Assembly (NCBI GenBank): GCA_003602635.1 | Contig: QQSJ01000039.1 | Coordinates: 1 to 46,060, forward strand | Source of the DNA: Candidatus Poseidoniales archaeon | Lineage (GTDB): Archaea; Thermoplasmatota; Poseidoniia; Poseidoniales; Poseidoniaceae | Reading direction: 5' to 3' | Length of the DNA: 46,060 nucleotides | Shown here: in pieces, positions 35,601 to 44,200 of the stretch | Position numbering within the stretch: position 1 is the first letter of the stretch | Layout of the letters: each line of letters begins with the position of its first letter | Position numbers and translations under genes: made by a program | The notes under the pieces: generated by a model | Told to the model about the DNA's origin: nothing | What the model saw: the letters and a program-made list of their open reading frames with translations, nothing else | Database searches by the model: none

Positions 35601-36937
35601 TTGCACGTACCCGAGTTGTTTTCGATGATGTTGTTGGCGAGGTACATCCGGTTGGCGCTGGGGGCGGGCACGCTCCAGCCTTGGTCCTTGTAGTGGTATT
35701 CGCCGAGCACCACTGGCTCACGCGCGGTGTCGTGAATGGTGTTGTTCTCGGCGATGACGTCAGACGAACCGTAGATCCACAGACCGTTGTAACCCTCAAT
35801 CGGGCCGATGTCGTTGTTGTACGCCTCGACGACGGAGGAACGAATGCCGAATCCGGAACCGCTGCTGGCTCCAGAAATGGAGTTCCCAGTGGCCGAGACG
35901 CGTGCGCCGTCGTAGGCCGTGATGCCGGCGCCTTCCTCGGTGAGGATGGTGTTGTCATCGATGTAGAGCGTGTGCTCAATGTCACCGGTTTGCTTGAACG
36001 AGTTGGTGTCGATCGCGTTGCACAGCGTCTCGACGCTGGAGTTGGTGAGCCAACCCGACGTGCCTCGCATGAAGACACCGTAGGCGTTGTCGCTGATGTC
36101 CAGGCGGTCCAAACGGATGTAGGAGTCCTCGGTGTAGATCATCGAGAATCCACCGCCTTGGTTGCCACACTGGGCTTCCGTGTCTCCGGTGAACGTGGAG
36201 TCAGAAACTTGCATCGTCGAGAGGATACCCAGCCCAGCACCGTAGGCTTGGATGGAGGCCGCCTTGTAGGACTGCTCGTCAACACCAAGCGTGAATGCAG
36301 AGTTGGTGATGGTCGGCGAGGCCGCGTTCAAGGCGATGATGTTGCTCGTGTTGATGTCCGTGAACGAAAGACCGTTCGCATCCATGCTCGCTCCGTCAAA
36401 GACCAAGGCTCCGAACAACCACTTCTGGGCGTTTGCAGAGTAAACCGGAATGCCGTAGGCCTTCTCAAAGTGAACAAAGTTGAGGCTGGTCAAGGCTTCG
36501 TCGATCGTGTCCCGCACGATCATTCCACCACCACAGGCAGCGTCTTGGTTGTAGAGGGGAGCCTGCCCGCCGGGAGAGTAGCACCATCCGTAGGCCGTGG
36601 CGTCCGCAGGCGTCCCCCAAAGGAAACGAACAGGAGAACTGGTGCTGCCTTGTGTTGCACCGCAATTGGCGTCACCTGCACAGATGGCGCCGCGAATTTG
36701 GAGGTATTTTCCAGCAGGCACGTTGACGGTTGTGCCGGCGTTGATGACCAACTTGGCACCTTCAGCCACGGTCACGTTTCCAGTCAAGGTGTGGGTCCCC
36801 GACCAGGTCTCTGTGCCGACCACGATGCCGGCCTTGGTCTCGTTGTTTGCAGAAACGGTTGGGACGGTGACCATCCCAACCATCAAAGACAGCAAGAGAA
36901 TGGTCACAAGGGAAAGGCTGCTGAAGGGTCGTGACAT
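32612..36937 (-). CDS. Giant surface protein (1441 aa): signal peptide, right-handed parallel beta-helix region, Ig-like modules, C-terminal TM anchor + acidic/Pro-rich tail
   Basis: ATG at 36937 verified (MSRPFSSLSLVTILLLSLMVGMVTVPTVSANN). PbH1-like repeats (ENNTIHDTAREPVVL, ANNIIENNSGT, IEDNTVSNNQGDAIRVNGGIVNVQGNTMETGDFAVRI). Cys-bounded Asp-rich motif CADGYDNDGDTKVDTDDEDC (34745..34822). TM helix MIWIIVGALLAVVVLAGVVLTFFV, then a 72-aa tail ending HPGWLWDAESNQWVPDPNYVPPTE. The 59 upstream codons of the track ORF are rejected. Confidence 0.8.
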   Translation of the reverse strand: MSRPFSSLSLVTILLLSLMVGMVTVPTVSANNETKAGIVVGTETWSGTHTLTGNVTVAEGAKLVINAGTTVNVPAGKYLQIRGAICAGDANCGATQGSTSSPVRFLWGTPADATAYGWCYSPGGQAPLYNQDAACGGGMIVRDTIDEALTSLNFVHFEKAYGIPVYSANAQKWLFGALVFDGASMDANGLSFTDINTSNIIALNAASPTITNSAFTLGVDEQSYKAASIQAYGAGLGILSTMQVSDSTFTGDTEAQCGNQGGGFSMIYTEDSYIRLDRLDISDNAYGVFMRGTSGWLTNSSVETLCNAIDTNSFKQTGDIEHTLYIDDNTILTEEGAGITAYDGARVSATGNSISGASSGSGFGIRSSVVEAYNNDIGPIEGYNGLWIYGSSDVIAENNTIHDTAREPVVLGEYHYKDQGWSVPAPSANRMYLANNIIENNSGTCNSNYMYGGDFPCPAIHVFMASATIEDNTVSNNQGDAIRVNGGIVNVQGNTMETGDFAVRISQFDDNYGNKYGSIGYFSDNTWTNATQVYNVTESRITVQSEFIPDVSSGYPVMLAWEGAECPYVTNECLQLPVSSEMPPRDMPLAIELVTNSTVFSYADLQNFDTSKIFVQNQNSEWGTQVRKGELVRYQVKAAGSNVADATVVIRDSVGLPLYELDTDPFGFTDFVSLPSDFLIDRNWNHVVGDTAVDVPGTPTVESIDENSCADGYDNDGDTKVDTDDEDCTNGREQAFYTVEAYKFGKGEKTFSFTLSGGVDDIINLDNLRPSVVVDQLDGSSFATTVTLTGSAWDGIAGSGSPGEYALDQIAYEKQFGIVKRVEVQPPGSQSWYSATDTSGANGVITKDNHPFKSWTFEWDLSGHPEGESDVTFRVRSFDGLDNSVQETRKYKLNLVAPTLILNEPLDGSTHRNGKVLFTGTASDPYVGVQGSDIQQIWFNITGPNDYFSHLYTQGQTAWEYQWNFEDLPSGEYTFEVWAADSDFCIDWPDGCNVERRTLIIENDNTPPFVTVDAYDAGGSLVIDGGILRADENTYLQGGALDNDGQVTRVEVQILDLASGILMSDEEIIVTQFLDNGGWQAIWDTSDYIHDQQYEITARAYDGEDYSEEVTRRVRIDNPVDKENNAPVFNGLDWPQTLTIFCDKYSNSIDRCGAGESIDLAAFFSDADVDSTLLIYDVFDDPATFEDDDYPAYITINARGVATYNPMDGMSQTTTEISEWSLEQVMFEAQDEYGSVAYSFRVNFLVRAVEFDVQKDSNEAFLDTGVPASFSGTGLPGSTVTVRSDAGGLRLNSTRVLSDGTWSMDVTINQLNSDSVTSVYFEMDGQQGNDMYELTPKAAAEGGVSMIWIIVGALLAVVVLAGVVLTFFVEYEDFEEEAMAAEAQVEEDPYAWAKKSAPAIPAQQNAAATPAAAGDGQHPGWLWDAESNQWVPDPNYVPPTE

Positions 36938-36973
36938 CGACACGGTATCCACCGTGCCTGCGTTGTCCAGACC

Positions 36974-36980
36974 GGATATA
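36974..36980 (-). promoter_or_regulatory. TATA-box-like element upstream of the beta-helix giant gene
   Basis: The minus strand reads TTATATC about 40 nt upstream of the ATG at 36937. This is one of very few AT-rich heptamers in the window, and the spacing fits an archaeal TATA box with a short 5' UTR. Not validated. Confidence 0.3.
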
Positions 36981-37027
36981 ACGCTGTGGGCCTTTTTGCG
37001 CCACGCAAGGTATCGGATTCTTCTGAT

Positions 37028-37046
37028 TGTATCATATTTTGATACA
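37028..37046. promoter_or_regulatory. Perfect 7-bp inverted repeat TGTATCA-TATTT-TGATACA in the largest intergenic gap
   Basis: Read directly from 37021 ttctgattgt atcatatttt gatacatcaa. It is the most AT-rich spot in the window, lying 26 nt downstream of the subtilase stop and ~95 nt upstream of the next ATG. On the minus strand a GGGCCGTTTTG tract (37047..37057) precedes it. It could be an operator, a second TATA/BRE region or a terminator. Confidence 0.35.
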
Positions 37047-37071
37047 TCAAAACGGCCCGCGACACAACGGC

Positions 37072-38265
37072 TCATTCGGCGGGAGGACAGGCCGGATCGA
37101 CCTGTTCGAACCATGCTTTTGCGTCCAACGTCCCGTACCCAGTGCGCGTGTCATGGTTGCTACCGAGGGCTTCGCGTAGCGCGAATTTGACGTGTTCGAT
37201 GCAACGGTCGTCGTCGACCATGAGTTCGGGATGTGCTTCCAAAATCATCGCAAGGGCTGAACTGACCAAGACGGTCGAGACCGACGTGCCGCTCGAAGCG
37301 TACCAAGCATCATCGGAACCTGTGGAGATGACGTTCACGCCGGGAGCGATGACCTCAGGCTTCTGGTTTGGAGATTCACCGCTGCCGTCACCCTGAGATG
37401 AATTGATCCAAATGGCGCCAGCCTCGTTGGATGCACCGACGGCGATGACGCGTGGGAGGAAGGCCGGTGAGGCCACCCGACCGTCGTCATCTTGGCCGCC
37501 GTCGTTGCCCGCAGCAGCCACCACGAACACGCCTTCGTCCAGGGCCCTTCGAACGGAGGAAACCACCACGTCACGTTCACCGTCCATCCGTTCTCCGCCA
37601 AGCGAGAGCGAAATCAAGTCTGCATTGAAACCGGTCCTGCACCAGTCAATGGCTTCAGCCACGATCACGTCATCACCGGTGTTGTCGCCGTCCACGTTCC
37701 CCGAGAGCGCAGCAGCTACGCCCAGGGTGACGCCCGGCACCGCACCCTTCTGGTGACCGTCGGACACCATGAGTCCGACCATCATGGTCCCGTGTGCAGT
37801 GGCTCCTCGGTCAAGAGGCTCAGAGGAAGACCCGACAAAGTCACGGAACTCAACGCGCTGACCCTCAAGCGCAGAGTGGGTGGTGTCAACACCTGTGTCC
37901 ACGACACACACACGCACCCCGGTCCCGTCATAGCCCTCATCAGCAAGTTCTCGCAAGCCCGAGTCCTCAAACGCCCATTCGGAATCTCCGAGCGGGATTT
38001 CCACGAGGAACCAACCCTGACTCGCGATGATGCCAACCAGAATCAGCAGGATGACCAGCCCAAGGGAGGATCGCGCCACATGACGTCGCCGCATGGGCAC
38101 CGAGGTGACCAGCGCCGGAGCCCAGCCCATGACTTCAGAGCGCCATTGGGCTTCATGCTGCACGGCAGAAGGGTCCACCGCGGTCAACATCCGGGGTTCC
38201 CCGGGTTCCGGGAGGAACTCCATTCCTTCCAACGCCGACGGCCTCACGGCTGTCATAAGCCCCAT
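37072..38265 (-). CDS. Membrane-anchored subtilisin-like serine protease (peptidase S8)
   Basis: Catalytic motifs VCVVDTGVD (Asp), HGTMMVGLM (His), AAAGNDG (oxyanion Asn) and SGTSVSTVLVSSALAMI (Ser). N-terminal TM helix LGLVILLILVGIIASQGWFLV follows RRRHVAR. I see no recognisable I9 propeptide. ATG at 38265 (25 nt after the AglB stop); internal ATGs are also possible. Confidence 0.9.
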   Translation of the reverse strand: MGLMTAVRPSALEGMEFLPEPGEPRMLTAVDPSAVQHEAQWRSEVMGWAPALVTSVPMRRRHVARSSLGLVILLILVGIIASQGWFLVEIPLGDSEWAFEDSGLRELADEGYDGTGVRVCVVDTGVDTTHSALEGQRVEFRDFVGSSSEPLDRGATAHGTMMVGLMVSDGHQKGAVPGVTLGVAAALSGNVDGDNTGDDVIVAEAIDWCRTGFNADLISLSLGGERMDGERDVVVSSVRRALDEGVFVVAAAGNDGGQDDDGRVASPAFLPRVIAVGASNEAGAIWINSSQGDGSGESPNQKPEVIAPGVNVISTGSDDAWYASSGTSVSTVLVSSALAMILEAHPELMVDDDRCIEHVKFALREALGSNHDTRTGYGTLDAKAWFEQVDPACPPAE

Positions 38266-38290
38266 CTCGCATTTGAAGGCGTGTTGACCT

Positions 38291-41200
38291 TCAGAAGCGA
38301 CGGCTACCGGAACGAGACATGCTCAAACCGCCCCACGTCACCAATCCAACGATGGCCACAACGATCACGGCCAAGATGGTTTGACCCATGCCGCTGTTGC
38401 TTGTCGTGGTCTCGATGTTGAAGCGGATCTGGAAGTCGACGGGCTCATCGCCCGATCCTTCGGTGTCCGACGCGATCGTCGCATAGTCTTCGTCGTCGCC
38501 GGTCACCTCGATGTAGAACTCGAACCGCTTGTTGCCGTTGGTCATCTTGCCAACATCGAAGGCTGCGTCCACGGTCTCACCCGCTGGCACGCTGATGGTA
38601 ACCTGCTGGTAGTCCTGGTCCGCGTCTTGCTGGCGCGCATAGACAATCACGGAGTCGATGGCGTCACGCTCACCGCTGTTGGTCACAGGGATGACGATGG
38701 TCGTCGACTCCTGCTCGGCCGTGTTGTCGGAACGTTGAACGGCGAGGGATTGGTTCACGCTCAGGGAAATCTGCGCGTACACGACGGTCAAGGTCAGGCT
38801 GTCGCTGCTGCCGCCCACTTCTGACACACCCACGGTGATTTCGAGTTCACCGGATTCAAACGCCTCGTCAGAACGGACGTTGAACGCTTGCGAACGGCTG
38901 TCACCGGCGGCCACCGTGATGGTGCTCGTCGCTGGCGTCACTTCCCACAGCGTTGCATCGTAGTTCTGGACCACTTCGAACGTGTAGGTGGCGTCGCCGT
39001 TGCCCGTGTTGGTGAGCATCGTGGTGAGCGTCTGAACGTCACCGCTGCCAATGCCGGCGCGGTCGTCCATCGCTTCAACGTCAAAGCCACGCACGATTGG
39101 AACGCGAACCGTCACGGAGCGCTCGGTGAATTCTCCCGTTTCAGTCGTCAGGAGGACGTTCACGCTGTGTCCATTTTGCAGGGACAAGGACGTGTTCTGA
39201 TCGGGGAGGTTCACACGGACCTTCAGCGTCGCTTCCATCGGAACGTCGTCCGTGGACGCGTCTTCACCGATGCCGAGGCGAACCTCGATGGAGGATTGCC
39301 AGGTCTCCCCGGTCTCGTTCCAGAATTCAACGCTCCAGTCAGCAGCGTCAGGTGCGTTGCCCGCGTTTCCAGTGGCGGTGAAGACGTCCTCGAACTCGGT
39401 GCCGTCGTAGGTCACGTCCACCGTGAACTCCACGGCGGTGTGCTCGTAGGCTCCGTCTTGCTTCGCTTGGATGTCGACGCCGCTTTCGTCGTTCGTGAAG
39501 GATTCCACGGTGTCTTGGTCCACGGTCCCGACATCGACCAACAGGTCACGGTCGGCACGGCGGTCGAGCGTCAGCGTCAATTCTTGGCGGTCCGCTGCCA
39601 CGTTGGTCACGGTGCTGCCTTCGTAGCTCATGTTGAGCGCCAAGGCGTGCTGCACCGTCACCATGTCAGCCGCGAAGGAAACGCGCCCAGAGGGCACGAG
39701 GAGGCTGATGGCACCGTCTGCACCCAAGGTCACGTCCCAGGCCACTTCACCGTCGAGGTCCACCGTCACGGTGGGGGCCTCGCTGATCATCGAAGCGCCA
39801 TCGGAGGCGCTGCCAAGGTGGTACTCCACCAAGTCAATGCCCGTCCATGAGGTTTGCAAGTCAATGAAGCCGCCAATGGTCATGGTTTGGTTGAGGTGCC
39901 CACCAGAGCCAACGCTCGCGTCGAGCAGGTCGATGGCGACGGCTCCGTCGTTTTCACCAAGGTTCGCTTGCTGAACGACGACGACCCATGCGCCTGGTTC
40001 AACTTCCGCGCTCCAGGTCAACGTGGTTCCATCGAACGCCGTGTTGGTCACGGTGATCGCATCACGCGCCAAGCCAGAAGCGGGCTGCAGCACGACGGTG
40101 GCACCGTCGAGGCGGGTCGAATCAACGTCATCGATGACAGCACCGCTGACGTCGACCAGACCAACAGAGACCTGCAGGTCCTCGGACATCGCACTGTCGT
40201 TGACCACGTAGGATCCGTTGCCGTCAAGGTCGTACGCAATGTCTGCGAATCCTTCCTTGCTTCCTTCGACCTCGTAGGAGGTACGCACTGGAACGAAGAG
40301 TTGCCAGACACCGTTGTCGTCGGAGGTCACGTTGGACACAAAGGTCGTGCCGTCGAGGCTGGTGATGTTCATCAGCACACCCGAAACGCCCTCATCGGCG
40401 TCAGGCGTGTTGTCGTCGTCGAGGTCCCAATAGAGGCGGCCGCCGATTTCGACTTCATGGGATGCCATGAGGTCGGTCACGTTGAGCGACTCACCCGCGG
40501 CAACCGTGAACGGCGTGGCCGAGGTGTCGAGGGTCCAGCGGTCCTGAACGTCCTGTCGCTCCATGTGGACGGACCACGTACCGGGCATCATCGGCTCGGT
40601 CACGAGGCCGTCGTCGTCGGTCAGGTCCAAGGACACGTTGCCAAGACCGTGGGCCGAAACCAACGTCATCCGGAAGCCGGACAGGTTGCGTTCGCTGAGG
40701 GCCTCGCGCAGGTGCAGTTGCACCTCTGCAGACACGACGGTCGCCAAGGCAAGATCAACGCGAGCACTGTTCTCGCTGACCTGCACGGTTTGACGGAGGA
40801 GTTCCGTGCCGAGGTCGCCTTCGTAGGCGCCAATGACGGCGATCCAATCGCCGCTTGGGACGTAGTCGGCGAAGGTTCCGTTTTCGTCCACGTCGAGGCT
40901 GCGGTAGTCTTCTCCGTCGGAGGACACCAGCAACATGCTGTCGCCTTGCGGACGGAGTTCAGAGCCGTTGGCGTCGACGATTGAACCGTTCACACGCCAT
41001 TCGTCAACCAACGCCACATCGATGGCATCGCCGGGCAAGGGAAGGCCAACGACGATCGCTGACAGCGCCTGAGAGGGCGCCAGAGCGTAATCGCTGGCGT
41101 TTTCTGAAGCAGCGTCTTGCGCCTCGAATTCAAGGACGTAGGTGCCGATTGGCATGTCAACAGACAAGGTGCCGTTCGCTGCATACATGTCAGCGGTCAC

Positions 41201-44200
41201 GTTGATTCGCTCGCCATGCTCCGTGCTGGGCACGATCGCGAAGGCGGGGGTCACCATGCTTCCGTTGGACACGTTGCCGTCGCCGGCCACGTCTTGGAAG
41301 ACGTTGAACATCAGCGTGTGACCGCCGGGGTTCAGGTAGAGGCTGGCAGGTTCGTTGACCTGCTCGGGGCCGCGCGTCACGACGACATCGTCGTCGGACG
41401 TGGCGTTGTAGGTCACATCTTCCACGACGCTGATGTCGTAAACGCCAACTGGAAGGTGGTAGAGGAAACTGCCGTCCTCGTTGGACGTCGCTTGCCAGAC
41501 CACACCCTCAGCGCTGGTCGCGGTCATCTCAACCGGGACCCAACCTGGAATTTGGCTGTTCCACGTGGTGGAGTTGTCAATGTGGTAAAGGGCGCCAGTG
41601 ATCAGTTCGGTTGGCTCGATGATGATGTCGAGATCTTCCATACCGTCGGTGACGTTGACGAGGCTACCGTGTCCGTAGCTGGTGCTGATGGAATACATCG
41701 TCAGCGAGTAGGTCGCATCCGTTGGCACACGCATCGAGAACTGGCCTTGGTTGTCCGAGTTTGCATCGCCCGTGATGGCGGTGAAGGTCAAACCGTCCGC
41801 GCTTGTGGCCGTGACTTCCAATTGAGTCACGGCTTCGGTCTCACGCTCGGACTCCAACCACGCGTCGTAATCGACGCCAGCCATCGGTGCAGAGACCGTG
41901 CCGTTCAGCCACGTGGACGCCGCATACGTCATGGTGACGCCAAAGTCCTCCTCGCCGACATCAAGCCGAGCCAGAAGCAATTGGTCCGCGTCACCGTCGT
42001 CGGAGACGGTGTACATTCCAATGGGGACTTCCGCGTAGACAACGCCGTTCTCGTCGCTGACCACCACGTAGGGGTCGAGCTCCGGCGCGTCGTTGGTCAG
42101 CGTCACCGTACGGTTGGCCACGTCGAGGGTGGGTTGACCGTCGCCGCCGAAGGGCGCCTCAAGCTGGATGGTGACGTCGGTCATCGGCGGCACGGGGTAG
42201 GCCAGCGTGATGTTCTGAGGTTCGTCTTGAACGCTGAACGTCGCGTTGACTTCGTACCATCCGTCTTGATCGACGTCGACACGGTAGTAGTACTCACCAG
42301 AAGGAATCGGTCCTTGCGTGAAACTGCCGTTCTCATCGGTCACGATGGTGACGGCCGCGTCCAAACCGAGGCCGGTGTCCACCATTTCGATGATCGTGTT
42401 GGGCAGGATGTTGCCGTCCATGTCCTCAAGCACGTCAGCAAAGACGGCTCCGGGCATGGTCATTTCAAGGTCGTAGGAGGCCTCGATGCCCACTTCAACA
42501 GGGTCAGGCAGCAGGACGTTCCTGCCGTTCGGGAGAACAGCCACCATGTTGTAGACACCGGGGAGCAGGCCGGTCTTGTAGAAGGAACCGGGCTGGACCA
42601 TTGGACCCGAGAAGTCGCCTTGACCGGCGAACAGACCCGTTCCGTTGAGCGTCCCGACGCCTTCGAAGACGCCTGCGCCCTCAAAGGTCTGTCCAACCAC
42701 GTCCCTCACGACCACGGTGGGCGAGAGGGTCTCCACACGACCGCTGGCTTCGACCGTGCCTTCGAAGAGGTACTTCGTGGCGTTGTCCTCGCCGGTCATG
42801 GTGCACACAGAAGTGTTGTCAGGCGTGCGGGCGTTGTTGTCCAGACAGTCGCTGGCGTTGACGAGATCGGCTTCGCTGACCCAACCGTCAATGATGCCGC
42901 GACCGGTCCACGTTCCGTTTGCGGTGTGGATGCGGTCACCGGTCAACTGACGCGTGTAGGTTCCCGTGAATCCACGGGCCACGGCCACACCGTCGGACTC
43001 GAAGGTGCCGTTTTCGGTGAACGTGACTTCACCCGTGCCCTGGAGGATACGGGTTTCGTCGGTGGTGAACGAACCGTTGTTGGTGACGACCGTGTGGTTT
43101 TCGGTGTAGGACCAGATGTCACGGAGGATGAACGTCGTGTCGACCAGAGGCTCACCGGCAAAGGATTCGTCGCCGATCCACGTGACCACGCCGCTCACAC
43201 CGCTCGATGCCACGGAGACGTCGGCCGTGCGGTCGAGGGCAACCACCCGGTTGGCTTCGTCGGCGCTGACGTTGAGGTGAGACTCGCCCACCCAGGTCAT
43301 GTTGGCCACTTCGCCGAGGATGGCGGTGATGTCGTTGACGGTGCGGTCGTCGTTGTATTCAGCGAGGATGTCACCGAGGTTCTCGGTGAACGAACCGTCT
43401 TGAATCGCATTGCGCGCGGCCGTCGGCTCGTATTCGCCGATGAAGGCGCTCACACGGATGTGGCCAGCAGGCGCCATGAAACTGTAGCGCCCTTCAGCGT
43501 CCGTGTCAACGAAGCCAATGGGGATCCAGTAGGTGTCCTCGTCGAGGTCCTCGCCGGATTCTCCGGAGAAGGCGTCACGCTCGATGAGCAGACGCACGTT
43601 TTCCAACGGCTGCCCGTCGTCGGCGAAGGTGACCTGACCGGTCATCTCAGCACCTGGGTAGAACTTGAGGATCTTGACCATGGAGTTGGCTTGTCCGTAG
43701 GAGTTCTCGACCGTGGTGTCGTCGTTGTAATTGGCGAGCACGAAGTGGTTCATCATGGCACCAGGCAGAGGCAACGCTTGGGACATGAAGGTCCCAGGAG
43801 ACCCGCTTTGTCCGAAGTGCTGAGCCGGCTGTGGGTTGGAACCGTCGCTGGCCACGCCAAGCGTGGAGGCACCGTAACCGACGTAAGCACGTGCGACCAT
43901 GGTGTCGAAGAATTCGGCGGTGTGGTCGGCGCGCACGTCAATGATCTGCACCGGGTCAATCTCTGCACCGGCTTGCTGGTTGAGCACGTCCTGACGGATG
44001 GCTTCGTCTACTTCTTCGCGCGTCATCTCATCGGAGAACGCACCGCGTTGGGTTTCGTAGACTTCCGTGAGGAAAGTCGTCGGGTCCTGTCCAGAAAGGA
44101 TGGTCGGGGCTGCGAAGATGCCCATCGGTTGCCCGCCGTTGTACTGTGCGTCCGCAGTGTAGCGACCCGCACGGGGGTAGAGGCGGTTGTCCACGGCAAA

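Noticed and set aside
33266-36934. Plus-strand ORFs of 315 aa (33266..34213), 266 aa (34280..35080) and 542 aa (35306..36934).
   Set aside because: They are antisense to the beta-helix giant, have no motifs, and show the compositional signature of reverse-frame translation.
38291-38420. A PGF-CTERM/archaeosortase-type sorting signal at the C-terminus of the AglB fusion, and at the other giants.
   Set aside because: A Thr/Ser-rich linker, a TM helix and a basic tail are present, but no PGF tripeptide. The other giants have long cytoplasmic tails incompatible with that signal.
39854-40984. Plus-strand ORFs of 376 aa and 320 aa (38888..39850) inside the AglB fusion.
   Set aside because: This is the same antisense artefact as above.
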